A DNA stretch of 64,000 bases. Source: Sphaerodactylus townsendi. Lineage: Eukaryota. Made by a program: the position numbers and the translations under genes. The first letter of the stretch is position 1, and every line of letters begins with the position of its first letter. The stretch lies in assembly GCF_021028975.2 (NCBI RefSeq), contig NC_059425.1, positions 65,224,001 to 65,288,000 of the forward strand. Reading direction: 5' to 3'. This document shows, piece by piece, positions 12,343 through 25,330 of this stretch. A model generated the notes under the pieces. The model searched no databases, had not been told where the DNA came from, and worked only from the letters and a program-made list of their open reading frames with translations.

Positions 12343-13030
12343 CAGGGGTCAGCAACCTTTACCACCCAAAGAGCCATTTGGACCCGTTTTCCACAGCCCT
12401 GAAGATCTACAGAGCTGCCTCCAGTTCAGCCCCTCCACTCACCTTTTCACCCAGCGCTGGGAGGCAGTGAAACCCCCTCTGCCTGACGGAGCAGGCAGTC
12501 ACCCGCGCTGTGGGACACAGGGGGATGGCATCTGCAGCCTGCCCAGTGCCGCTGTCTCTCGCGCTGCAGGAGGCAGTGGCGCTGGGCAGGGAAACCCCCT
12601 CTGCCCAACGGAGCAGGCAAGTGGGGATGGCGCCCGCAGCCTGCCTGGTGCCGCTGCCTCTTGCACTGCGGGAGGCGGCAGTGCCAGGCAGGGAAACCCC
12701 CTCTGCCCGATGGAGCAGGCTGCTCTGGTGGGACACGCCCACGCTACCCTTCGACCTCCTGGGATCGAGGGTAGCATGGGCGTGTCCCTACAGCCCTCCA
12801 GAGCAGCGCTGGAAGGAGAAGTGAGTGGAAAGGATGTGAAAAGCGGCACCCTCACGCACGGAGCCGCCTCTGGTTTGGCCCCTTGACTCACTTTTCCTTC
12901 CTGCGCTGCTCTGGAGGGCCAGAGGGACACACCCACGCTATCGTCCGACCTCCAGGCCACATGGCTGAAAGAGCCGTATAAGGCTGAAAGAGCCGCATGC
13001 AGCTCTGGAGCCTCAGGTTGCAGACCCCTG
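12343..13030. mobile_element. Non-autonomous hAT element with GC-rich internal tandem units
   Basis: TIRs CAGGGGTCAGCAACCT / AGGTTGCAGACCCCTG; exact 8-bp TSD GCCTAAGA. Confidence 0.92.
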
Positions 13031-15805
13031 GCCTAAGAGAATTCTTGTCTTTAATTGAATTGCCCTGATTTAATCTGGAGGTGGCAGGTTGCACAGCAAC
13101 AGGAAAATGAAGCTAGAATAATAGTACTCCAGTTTCTAGAATGTCTAATAGTGTTCCTTTGAAAAATATGCTGGGTAGTGAGTCAGTATACCCTCAGAAG
13201 GTTTGGTTTACAAAAGCATATCATGCCAGCAACACAGAAAACAAATTAACTAAACAGATTCAGATTGTGGAAAGAGCTGTTGGTCAACTCTGAAAACAGA
13301 TGGAGAATCCTGATAAAAGGAACAGATGTCATGAGCTATTACTAGATGTTGTGTTCTGGTCCCCCTTTGATGACTTGTTTTGCCCATGATGGGCATGGCT
13401 GCCACCTGCCCTCTGACCCTCAAAGGGGAGGCGCGACAGGAGCCTCTTTGCTGTGCCCTTATCTGGCCAGCAATGGCAGCCGCGCAAATTTGTGGCTGCT
13501 CTTTATATAGTTTAGTTTTGGCTCCTAACCTTGACTGTTTCAGCGCAGCTCAAACAAAACTTTTTAAGGCAGGAAAATAAAACCGTTCCTGCAGAAGTTC
13601 TGCACAGCTTTTAGCCCAAAATGTTTTGGAAATGCTTCATTTCACCTTCAAAACGTTTTATTTGGATCCGTTAAACTAGCAATCTTTTTTCTGTAAAAGT
13701 TTTCAAAACATTTCCTGCTTGCTGTGCAGAGATCGGTAAACATTTTATTTCTCACATCTGATTTTAAAACTTTCACTTTAGTCACTCTGCCACCCACCAT
13801 TTTCTGTTCGTCATTTGCTAAGGTTTCCTGTGGATGTTTTCTCATCTGGCATCATGACTGTCTGCCATTTCCATCATTTCTGTGCACCAATAAGCTTAGA
13901 ATTGCCTGCTGATTATGTGAACATGCCATTTTTCCTTTAAAAAATTTTTTGGGGTGAGGTATGTTTCATGCTACGTAGACAGGAAGTCCAAATTAGCTAA
14001 GCTTTGGATTTCAAGTCTCTGCAGCTTTGAAGATATGATGGCATTTTTAAATAAAAGGAACGAACTGTTTTCAGCTGAAATGCTTTATTTTTCTGGGCTA
14101 TGTGGTCGAAACCCATGAAAATTATTCTTTTCCAAACATTTCCAAATGTTCTAAATGCTTTGAGCAGAAAAAATCCATATTGGCTTCTAGCTTGTTTGTC
14201 AGGTTGGGTTCCTCTCCCCCTCTACATTTTCATATCTTCTGGATGAGTTTGGGCCAGTCTCACTGCCAGCCCAAGAAGGGGAAGGAGAAGGGGTTCAGAT
14301 CCCCTATTCCTCTTCTTCTCTCTCAGATGAGTTCTTCGCTTCTCTCTGACATGGAAACCTTTTGTATGTACCACTCCTTGCCCCTCTCTCCAGAACCTTG
14401 AGTCCAGTAAGCATTCAGCTCTGCCTCATCCTGAAGTAATAAAGGGATTGTGGGCATCTGCTCTCAGGGCTTTCTGTTCTTTGCCATCCTTACTGAGCTT
14501 TAAGAGTGTCAGGCCCAGCCTCCTTCCTCCATCTACTTCTTATCCTGCTCCTTCCTGACTGCTGGCCTTCATCCCAGCAGGCTGCTGTCAGGCTGTTTCC
14601 AGTCTCCTCTTGAGCAGTGGTGAGGACTCTGCTTGATTGGGACCTGTCACTACTTGCCCTGTTGGGCTGGTCACTGCTCCTGGATTCCCTCTCTGCTGCT
14701 TCCCTCTCTGGTTAAGGGCCCTCTAGGCACTTGGTTGTTCACAACTTTCCAAGTGGGAGAGTGGGCTGTCAAGGCTGGGAGTCGATCTCAGACAAGTGTT
14801 TGGCCCCATCATCTATGGCAGCCATTTTCAGCTTGGGAAGGTTGTTGCTACTGTCAGCTTTGAGATTTTCCTGAAAGGGTGCTGTCTGTAGTCTCCAGAG
14901 TTATAAACTGACTCATTTGCAACCATTTCCCAGTTTGTTTACTGCTTGAGTCAGCAACTGTTTACTTGAGTCCATGATACTGATCTTTGCATCTTGCCAA
15001 ACTGATTTACAGATTTGGCAATAAATTATGAAGTAGGGAATCAAGACCATTTCTGTTGTCTCACAGTATTCTTTCCAGATACTCTGGCAACAAAAACGTA
15101 ATATCTCCAGAACCACTCTGATAGCCATCTATTCCACAACAGCTCTCCACCCACACATACACACTTTCCCATTTATGGTTTCTAGGATAGCTGATGATGG
15201 ATAGACATCAAGCAACCTAGGTGTAATATAATAACCTAGTGTTATTAAATAAGGAATAAAATGTGAGTTACTTCATTGTTTCTGGTAGTGACTGGCACAA
15301 TTCCTTCTTCCCATTTCAGAATTATTTTGAACAGTTCCAGACAGAGGTTTTTAAGAGACAGCTCAAATGTTCTACTATGCCTGGATGATAATTTGAAAAT
15401 ATGTTTATGATGCGTTGGCATACATCATACATAATGATACCATATACCATAAATGTTATTGGTTTAACATGAATAAGAGGTGACATTTTATTTTCCATGA
15501 GCGTCATTCTAAATTATAATTTATATGGAGAAAATACTTCTCTTACACTGACTAATTTGTTATTGCTATTGTGTGCATGTCTACCCTAAAATTTTAGACA
15601 ATCTCATTGGAACCAAAAATTCTCCTTCCCGTTCTTCAGCTGTCTGTTGAACTGTTGCCCCAATTGAAACTGCAGCAATTGCTTCACAAGACCTCTATGC
15701 ATTTGGGGAGGAACTTCAAAAGAAAATAGCTAAACTTTTCCCACTGCAATCAGCAGTTATAAATTCTATGCTTAGTAGTGAACAATCTTTGGTGCCTTCT
15801 CCTGG

Positions 15806-16460
15806 TTATTTATTTATTTGAAATATTTGTATCCTGCCTTTTGACTAAGGTCTCCAGGCCAATTACAGTAAAGCAATTAAAACTACAATATAAAAAAGCA
15901 TCATCAAACTAAATGATCAACAAAAACAGCTGGAAAAGAATCAACATAGGCACAGCAAGATTAATCAGATACTGCTACATATATGGTAGAAAGCCAAATG
16001 TTATCCTGATAAATATTAACACTGTTGGCATTCACTGAATTGCTCTGGGGTGAGATTTTGATCACTGAGACACCACCACAAAAAAAGGCTCTGCCCTGGG
16101 TAGCCATCTACCATACCTCCACAGACTTGGGGGGCATACAGAGCAGGATTTCCCCCAAAGATCTGAACAATTGGGTATATTTGTATGGCAGCATGGGGTA
16201 GATAATCGAGGCTTGGCCCATTTCAAGCTTTATAAATCAAACCCAAAACATCACTTTGAATCTTGTGTGGAAGAACTCTGGAAATTAGAGCAGATGTTTA
16301 AACATGGCTGGAATGTGGTCAGCTCTACTCCTGCCTGTTGCCCGTAGTTTTAATACGATGAACCATCTGAAGTTTCCAAACAGATTTCAGAGATAACCAC
16401 AAGTCAGAAATCTTCCAGTAATCTGACCATGATTATCAGAGCAGATAGGTGTGGCAAGAA
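15806..16460 (-). mobile_element. Old L2 3' fragment (ends approximate)
   Basis: Starts (TTTA)n...tttgtatcctgcctttt...ttaca, a typical antisense L2 tail, followed by degenerate ORF2 end. Confidence 0.55.
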
Positions 16461-17657
16461 ATTTCTCCTGGAAGGGCTGTGGCTGGAATGTCTTCTGAAG
16501 TTGCTTAATGGATGTCCTTTCAGTAACCTCAGGCATAGACAACATGCTTTATCAAAGTCATATTCCCTTAACCCTTCATATTCAACTGTTGATTCATCAT
16601 TTGCTTTCAAGATGAGGCTTGAAACTTTACCAGAATCTCAAATTAGTCACCTATGCTAAAACACAGAAGGAAGTTGGTATGTTTAAAAAAACATTGTTTT
16701 CTTACATGGACTTAATTTTGAAGAGAAATTGGCTGATTTTCTAAAAATAAAGGATGACAAAACCCACCTTTTAAAATATGAACATTACAGTGAAGCCAGT
16801 TATGCTTAATTAATGTGATTTATTTGGCTGAGCTATACAATTTTCAGAATCTTGGAATATGATCTTTTTTATGTGTAGGCATTCAAAGCAAGAAATTGAA
16901 CTTTTAGAATTGTGTCTTACCTTTGCTCTTTCTGTAGCTCTAGAAATATGGTGGGCTAGCAAATAAACATGTAACTTGATGTTATAAGGCAGACTGATAT
17001 TGTCAAACCAATGACGTGAAATGTACATGGAAATAAAGGCTAAAAGGAATTAAAAGTTAATTCTAAACCATGTGTTTGTGGTAATCAAGACTGCCAACTC
17101 AGCCTATCCTTTCAGAGGTTCACATTCATCAAGATCTGACTTGAATGCCAATTTCATAGATACATACAAAATTATTTCTGAAATTCAGAAGCTGTCAATA
17201 ACCATTCAGTCTGACAGATTCTAGTGCCTCTCTGTCTGATTACATTTCCCTAGGTGAAGAAGAAGAATAAGAGTTGGAAGAGGGGCTTACAAACTCCTTT
17301 CCCTTCCCCCCTCACAATAAATACCCTGTGTGGTAGGTGGGGCTGTGTAGAGAAGCAGTGACGGGCATCAGGAGATATGTGTATGAAAAGGATGTTGTGG
17401 GCAGGATTGTTCTCAATGGCGTTTCTATTGGCAACATTTCCACCTTCCACCAATTATTTCACTCTCTTGATGGCTTTGAGAGCATAATCAGATTTGACAC
17501 TAAAGTTGTTATATTGGGTTCTATGATCAATTTGTAACCCAAGGCATCTGCTCTGAAGATCAGGGAAGAAGGGGGTTTTTAGAGAGCAGGGAAAAGGTGG
17601 TCTTTCAGTGTTTCTACATGCCTCCCCAAAGCTCTTGTGTGCAAATTCAGGCACTCA

Positions 17658-17921
17658 TAAGAATAAGAATTTGGATTTATATCCCTCTTTCTTTCCTGTA
17701 AGGACTCTCAAAGGGCTTACAAACTCATTTCCCTTCCTTTCCCCGTAACAGAGACTTTGTGAGGTAGATGAGCTGAGAGAGTTCCAAATAACTGTGACTA
17801 GCTCAAGATCACCCAGCAAGAATGTTGGAGTGGGGACACAAATCTGGTTCATTAGATAATACTCCACTGCTCAGATTTCCAGAACGGAGTCCACCTGTTC
17901 TGAATCATTACGCCATGCTGG
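17658..17921 (-). mobile_element. Squam3-like SINE
   Basis: Same family as 8333-8618. Confidence 0.8.
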
Positions 17922-18984
17922 TTGCAGCTTTGGAGAGGCTGTTTTTGTTAAAATAATTCATACCACCACGACAACTACTGCTACTACTATTTTCATTGTC
18001 TTTATTATTAATAAATATTTATACTCTGTCTCACACCAGTATCTCTGAGTGACTTACAAAGGTTAAAAACAATAAAAACCACAACAAAAACATAAATAGA
18101 ATATAACAATTAAAACAACAATAAAATAGCATTAAAATAACCCCACCTCCCACTCCCCCACCCCCAGATTAGCAGCTGTAGAGGAGTTGGAAGAGGGGCT
18201 TACAAACTCCTTTCCCTTCCCCCCTCACAATAAACACCCTGTGTGGTAGGTGGGGCTGGTGGGAACAAGAGGCAGTGGAGAGAAGCAGTGATGGGGATCA
18301 GGAGGCCAGGAGGACGCACACAAGTCCAGGGGACAGAGCTTGATAAGCACTGGGTCCCCAACTCACCACCCAGGTCTCTGTGATGCAAATCAGGTCAAAT
18401 CTAAGATCAAGTCCTGGATGAGGACAGATTTATTTTGGACTGACATGGCATTCACAAGCAGGACCACTAGGCCAGGGGGCTGGATAACATGCACTCCTGC
18501 TCTCCCATGTTTTTTTTTTGCGGCGGGGGGGAGGGGCAGAATAGAAGGGGTGGTAGTATACAAACATCTAGGACCTCTTCTCTTTAACCTATCTCTACTA
18601 CTGCTAACACCAAAAGTTTTATACAGGTAGTCACTGAACATTTTTAAAAAACATTTGAGATCTGTAATTGTCGATAGGTAGTGGTGCTCCCCTTCCCAGA
18701 TTCCATTGCCAAGCAGCAGTTGCAGGCAGGAAGAAGGGGCTAGAAAGACATTTTCCAGCTACCACCAAGGCTACTAAGGACAGGAGAGAGAACTTTCCTT
18801 GAATACGGCAAATCCAGTGAGGGTGCATGTACAAAAAGCTTTAGCAGCCTGCACAGAGTGAACTTTGCAATATCTATTTCATCCAGAAATTTGGTAAGTG
18901 TCCCGCTCACTGGTTTATCAAAGTAATTATTGAAAATTAAAACTGGCATTGATCTAGATGTTTGGTGGATGGTGAAAATTGTGT

Positions 18985-19182
18985 TTAAGTCACAGCTGAC
19001 TATTGTCGACCCAATTGGGTTTTCAAGGCAAGAGATCCACAGAAGGAGTTTGCCATTGCCTGCCTCTACACAGGGATCCTGGACTCCCTCGGTAGTTTCC
19101 CATCCAAGTACTAACCAGGGCTGAACCTGCTTAGGTTGCAAACCCTGATGAGATTGTGCTAGCCTGGGCCATCAAGGTCAAA
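18985..19182 (-). mobile_element. 5S rRNA-derived SINE
   Basis: 19098-19119 is the reverse complement of the 5S rRNA segment CCTGGTTAGTACTTGGATGGGA. Confidence 0.8.
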
Positions 19183-19889
19183 GTAATTTAGTGTACTTGT
19201 TTCTTCTAGTTTATTTCTCTCTGAAGAAAAAGACTGGCCTTAGCTTTTAAAAGATTTCTCCACCATATAATAATAAGTGAACAAAAAGTATTTCATGAGA
19301 GTCACAGTAGCAGCTACTGTTTTTGTAATTTGTCTAAAATGGAGTTGAGTTTTGCCCCCATGCCTGATTCTAGTCATATTAGAGATGGTGGCTACATTGC
19401 TGTAGCTGATGTGAATGCCAGGTCAGTTCAAAATAAATCTGTCCTCATCCGGGACTTGATCTTGGATGAGGGGGCTGACCTGATGTGCATCACAGAGGCC
19501 TGGAAATAATTCATGTTGATCTCATTGGGTCTTGCTTTTGTGTTTGTGGGTGTGGATTTGTGTAGAAACTTGGTCTTCATTAACACATGTTAATTCTCCA
19601 TGTGAAAGAGAAATTCACGTTTGAAGTACTGGACTTAAACTGGACAAACACATCCATCATACAGTGGCAGAAGTGCATTCTGAAGAGTCTCATCTTTATG
19701 AGATTTGAATAGAAATGCAGTTAGTGGTAAACAGAGAAGGAAACACTTTTTTATTTTGGGCAACAGATGTATCATTTCCTGATGAATGGACTTGTTCTTT
19801 CAGGTAAATCAGATGACTGACGCAGAAATACCAACTACGGCTGTACTTCCTTGCCAAGGATGTCTCCTGCCTTCCATTATATTTTAAGC

Positions 19890-20066
19890 AGTGGGTGGAG
19901 ATTAGTTCCTTGATTTGCATGTGGAGAGTGTGCATACACATAAATGTTTTAGGGAAGAGAAGTCATTACAAGATTGCTCTTAGCAAAGACTACAACTTAG
20001 GTGACACCTGCAAACAACACAAGTTATTACTAGCTTTTGGGAGCAGAGGAAGCTGCCAGGAAGAAG
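19890..20066 (+). promoter_or_regulatory. Candidate CAPN14 core promoter and non-coding first exon
   Basis: GGGTGG (19893), octamer ATTTGCAT (19913-19920), TATA-like CATAAAT (19939-19945) and a strong donor AAG|gtaaga at 20066/20067, all in non-repeat sequence. Confidence 0.4.
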
Positions 20067-20532
20067 GTAAGACATTTCAATCTTCTCCACATGTTTTGTG
20101 CAGCCCACCAGGCTTTTAGAGAGGGCAGCTCAGCTGCACTGCTCTTGGTACGTTAGAATGCAATTGTAAAATCCAGAGACCACCTGAGTGGCCAGGATTT
20201 CCTTAAACGAGAACAGACTAGTGAATGCAATCACAGAGGTTGTCAGGTGAAAAGGAATAGATGGAATGTAAAAATAGCAACTCTAAAAAACCCAGAAACT
20301 TTGAGGCAGACATTTCTCCGCTTCTACTTCTATTTGGATTTTACTGAATGTTGCTAAGGTATTGAATAGTAAAGGCAAAAGAAATATTGTGAAAAGTAAT
20401 TTGGAGATTCATTCATTTGCCTTCCTCTTCTCCCTGCCCCAATCCAGTGCTTCTTTAAAAAGATCCAGATGTTCTGTATGATAGAGGTAGGCTCAACCCA
20501 GCACTACGGCTCCTCCAGGCCATTATCTACCC

Positions 20533-20635
20533 CAGTGGTGGTGAACCTTTGGCACTCCAGATGTTATGGACTACAATTCCCATCAGCCCCTGCCAGCATG
20601 GCCAATTGACCATGCTGGCAAGGGTTTGTGGGAAT
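20533..20635. mobile_element. Truncated palindromic hAT MITE (same family as 55057-55201)
   Basis: cagtggtggtgaacctttggcactccagatgttatggactacaattcccatcagcc. Confidence 0.8.
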
Positions 20636-21640
20636 ATGCTCAGTCCCTCTGGAGATGATAAGGTTTACCACCTCTGAATCTACCAACTGCTTCTGGATTA
20701 TAAACTTTCTCCTTCTTCCCATAACACAAATAACTTAATTTGTGTTATTGTACCTGGGTGCAGTGCTTAACAGGGCTTAAAGCCCGGAGGTAAGTATTTT
20801 ACAAAAAGTACGCACACATCCTGTGCATGTGTCAATTTTGAAAGGGGTTCATCTGAACTTACAGAAACATACAAATGTTACTTCAGGGTAAAGGAAATGC
20901 TATTAATTGGTCAAAGGGGAGAAAAAAAAGAAGAGTCACGGTGTAACGATGCCCTGCTCTTACAATCTAGGGTGGCAGCTTCAGCAAGTCTTGGCAATCA
21001 GTTCACAGCATCAAGTGTTCTTTTTATTCCATGCCTCATAAGTAATATTCAGTATCGGTTTAGCCTTGAAGAGTGAGATGTAATTTTTTCACTCAGCTGC
21101 AGAGGCTTTAGGCAAACCAATGCAATCCTTCAATTAGAACCAAAATGCTCAGAGGTTTTGAGTCTACTCATTCTTCTGGCTCAGTACTCCACCCATGATA
21201 CCTGGGGGACCCCAACAGGGCAGTCCTAAATAGGGTTACAACTTTCTATGCCGATTGATTTCCGTGAACTCTGTATAGGATTGCATGGCATACCATGTTG
21301 CTGAATGAATCCTTTCCCATTTAGGACAGCCTGTCTTCTTCTGCCAGCATTTTACAAGCATGACATTTTCTAATGCAGGAAAGTCAAAGAAACGCATCTT
21401 TTGAGAGCATCCACCATGATTAAGAATTAATGAGAGCTGGCATTGTTGATAAAAATGTGTACATCTTCATCAAAATTACCACCAGTAGAGTGAAGCTGGA
21501 GAAGTATGACATACCTGCCTCCCTATTTGGTTGCAGCCCACTGAGCCCCAAAATTATGTTCCTGGATATCAAAGGATGCTCAGGAACAGTGCCAGGGATC
21601 TGCAGTAAGAGGGGAAAACCGGCAAAACTTCCCTCCCTTG

Positions 21641-21973
21641 CAGAGCTTTAATGCACAGGCATGCTGGGCAGTTTCCCAGGGGCCCCACAAGCAAAGGAGG
21701 CCCGTGCTAATCTATGTGTGCTGTGACTTGCTGTCAACTAGAAATATTACTATACTAAACTATAAATATTTGTTATCGGAAAATGCATTTTAGCACGTGC
21801 TTTACTACAGATTATGAACAATATTAATGTTAATTTTTATAATAACAAGTGGAGATTGGCATTCACCTCTGATTTAGTATCACGGTCACCTCTGCAACCA
21901 CACATGCATGTATATGTATGTTTCTCTCACACTGCTTTGCCTGGGGGCCTATAATACTGTTCAGATGGCCTTG
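21641..21973. mobile_element. Old hAT-type element
   Basis: Near-TSD CTCCCTTG / CTCCTTTG; gggggccc subterminal motifs. Confidence 0.55.
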
Positions 21974-22404
21974 CTCCTTTGCTTCTAACAGAATAACTTT
22001 TTGGCTGATGTAAATGCTCACTGCTCTAGTGGAATGGCATCTTTGACTCAATACCACTGGCAATAGGTTTGTTGATGTTTTGCTTATACAGTTTGTTGGT
22101 GAAAATCTATAGTTTACTTATGCATAGACCCAGAAAGAAAGTAATTAGAAAAACAGATAGGGAAAAAGGTCTGTATTGAGATGTTATGGGGAGAATTGGG
22201 AACGTCCCATATATTCTTTAATCTTTGAATTTGACTTAGATACAATATATTTTTTTATAGATGTAATGGGATTTATAAACTAATAAAATTAATTGCTTAA
22301 AGTATCAGGGAGTGCTTCCTAGTTTTACACATAGGAGATAGAAGTGGCCATTTGCTGGTGAAGCTTGTAAGAGTGGTAATTAATCGAGAAGCTTTGAAGA
22401 CTGG

Positions 22405-22495
22405 CTGTTGTGGCTGTTTGGCTGTGGTCTGGTAGATTTAGTGCCTAGTGTTTCGCCCTCATCTATGGCTGGCATCTTCAGAGACATGTTGTGGT
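22405..22495 (-). mobile_element. Degenerate Penelope terminal-repeat fragment
   Basis: gtttcgccctcatctatggctggcatcttcagag resembles the 40513 copy. Confidence 0.65.
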
Positions 22496-22800
22496 GAGAT
22501 GAAGTTCTCTCCAGTGTAGCAGAAATTGATGAGAACTTAATGCCATCCATCCATGGAAATCCTTCATAAAATCAAAGCCATTGTCTGGCATTTCTCAAGA
22601 TCATGTTGATGTTGGCAGCTTACCTTGTTTTGCATAACAGTAATTTTCTTTGGATTAGATTGAGCTTTTAATGATTATATTTGAGATGGTTTGATTTGTA
22701 TAACTGTCCAAGGAGTGTCTCTGTGTGCTTTCTAAAAATACTATTTCAGTTTTGCCCTGTGGGTTTGATAGATATGAAGTACTTCTTATTCCCCTATAAG

Positions 22801-22992
22801 CAGAGGTGGGATCCAACCAGTTCTCACCACTTTTCTAGAAGTGGTTACTAATTTTTTCTGAGTGCCGAGAATGGGTTACTAAAGCAACCTCCTTGCCCAA
22901 TAGGGACTGGAGGTGCGTGTGTGCGGCAGCGCCACTGTTTGAATCCCACCACCATCGGAGCCTGTTATTAAAATTTTTGGATCCCACCACTG
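22801..22992. mobile_element. hAT MITE
   Basis: TIRs CAGAGGTGGGATCCAA / TTGGATCCCACCACTG; exact 8-bp TSD CCTATAAG. Confidence 0.92.
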
Positions 22993-24172
22993 CCTATAAG
23001 AATGCAGTATTAGAGAGGAATGATTAAATCTTATCTGTGTACATTATTAGATCTTCCCTCTTCGTATTTAGTATTGAAGATCTGGTTTCTCTTACTTTGC
23101 TGGTTATTTCTTCACCCATGAAAAATGTGATTGTTAACTCTGATCAAACTGACCTCAGCCATGCAGTTATGAAGAGCAACTTATGCCTCCCCTGGACCAC
23201 TCCAGTTTCTAAGGAAGAGTCAAAGAAGAGCTGGCAAGGGCATCCAAAGACCTGTTCAGATGCTCTTCAATCCGGGAATTCCACCCAGCATGAAAAATAA
23301 ATGTGTGTGCTTTTGCTCATTTGCTCATCTGTCCCTCTCAACACAGATAATGAACGAATGAGAAAAGCTTACATTTATTTGAATGTGGCATGTGCTGAAG
23401 CTTGTGAGGGAGAACTCATCTTTCTAAGGAATTATATTTTTCAAGGATAGGGAACATCTACGTGCAGATAAACATAAGTCTCGTGATTCACACATTATCT
23501 TCAGACAGTGGTGATGAGGATACACTTGGAGGGAAAAGGTGATGCATAAAATCTTATCCCAGGTAGAATCATGAGGTCATATCTGTGTTTGAACATGTCT
23601 CAAGAGTCATAAATTTCCTAAAACATTCAATCCAGGATATGGGATTAAATTTCCTATCTGACCCTATACAATTATATCTTCGGCTTTCTATAAGGAGCTG
23701 CCAACTTGTGAGACACTAATTCATTTCTTGACAAGAGTAATATGAGACTCCATCCTCAGTGTGTTTTTAAAGAGAATATATATACAATTTCTTCAGAGAA
23801 CCTGCTTGAAGCAATTCACATACATAAAATCTTTTAAAAAGAAAAACCAGGATTGTTTGACTTCCCGATCTAATAGACTTTCATAGTTCTTCATGATGCA
23901 AGCTGTTTTTGCTTCAGCAGTGCTGTTGCCTCCCAAATAGTCAGTATTTCCTTACATCCTGAGAGGTTTATTTACAGTTCAGGTCTAACTTGTTTTCTGG
24001 CTTCTGGACACCTTGTGTCCTAGAACTCTCATATCTACCATTATCCACACACCCAGCTTCATGCAAATTTGCCCCAAAGACAATGAAAATTAACATTTTT
24101 CCAAAACTGGTTTTAATATCAGAAAACCTACTACTTATTTTGCCAGGTATCAATCCCAGTTCTTAAATCTTA

Positions 24173-24313
24173 GGCCCCTTCCGCACACGCAAAATAATGC
24201 ATTTTCAAACCACTTTCACAACTGTTTGCAAGTGGATTTTGCCATTTCGCACAGCTTCAAAGAGCATTGAAAGCAGTTTGAAAGTGCATTATTCTGCATG
24301 TGCGGAATGAGCC
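24173..24313. mobile_element. PIF/Harbinger-type MITE (related to 11603-11923)
   Basis: TIRs GGCCCCTTCCGCACACGCAAAATAAT / ATTATTCTGCATGTGCGGAATGAGCC; TTA and TCA flanks. Confidence 0.85.
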
Positions 24314-24739
24314 TCAGTGTGATTCTCCTTTTACAGATGGAAACGAGCATTAAATGTGGATATTTTTAACTACTAGATATATTCGAAGTATGGGCTTTTT
24401 GTAAACTTGATTGTCTTGATCTTTTCCAACTTCATGATAAGGGACAAGACATCATTTGAAACAAATCCTTTGAACTGTTGGATACTCTGTAATTTTATTC
24501 CGGACTTCCCTAGTCTGTAGTAATACCATACTTGGTAATGATAGTAACAGTCTAACAATCATAAAACGATCACTGGTACTTACCCGAGAAGGATCCTTCT
24601 CCTTTGAGCGAAAGAGGACATCTGGGTGTTTCTCAGTTGACCCATCAGGGAGGCAGGAGTAAATCTAATCTAGAACTTCCTCGGACTACTGAGACCATAC
24701 AGAGAACCTTCAAAGCATCCTTGAATAGGTTAATTTTAA

Positions 24740-25330
24740 ATCCTGCAGTTTACTCATGATATTGAGTACCTGTGAAATAAGTTTCTTAGATGTAAAGGGT
24801 TTTTTTAATCAAAAACACAGGTTAGCTTTTAAGCCATATAAGGAACCTACAGATAGAAATGCAGGACTTCATTTTCATCTTTTCATCCAAAACACCTAAG
24901 GGACAATCTACCTTTCAGACAGCTGATCTGCCTTAAGAGAAATTCCACATTACAATCAGATTTTTAGTTATCAGTTAAGTCTACTCCAGAGTCATATTAA
25001 AAAGAGGCTTTCCACTATATACACTAATAAGTGCATGGAACAGAGTTAATATATCCTCAAGGCAGGAATTGCTTGCACCTAAAGACAAATCCAAAAGGAA
25101 GGATATTCCTGGGCTGTGGATTATACTCCATTAGCACACCAAATAAAGGGATAGTGTATAAACATTGGCATGTCATTAAAGGAATGGAGAACTCTTAGTA
25201 GCCATAAATCAAAGTCTATAAAAAGAATACATTATGCCATGTTTGATAATCATACCCATGTGTTTCTAATGGCAAATCAAAAGAAGAAAAGTACCGATTT
25301 TGTGATGTGTCAGTGTTATAGATGCTCAAA
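24740..25330 (+). mobile_element. Degenerate Penelope-like RT / GIY-YIG coding fragment (ends approximate)
   Basis: Broken-frame reading ISFLDVK...YKEPTDRNAGLHF..FHPKHLRDNLPFRQL fits the PLE RT C-terminal pattern FLD..YRKPT..LH..S.HP. Confidence 0.6.

Noticed and set aside
12455-12760. CRISPR-like repeat-spacer array
   Set aside because: The units are similar along their whole length, lie inside a TSD-bounded hAT element, and the DNA is vertebrate with no cas genes.
19090-19180. 5S rRNA gene
   Set aside because: Only the internal part matches; the ends are replaced and it is embedded in a dispersed repeat.
19776-19786. STAT site TTCCTGATGAA near the candidate promoter
   Set aside because: The spacing is N5, not N3 (STAT) or N4 (STAT6).
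24565-24690. DIRS-like terminal sequence or U1-like TACTTACC
   Set aside because: Too short and degenerate; no further U1 or DIRS similarity is evident.
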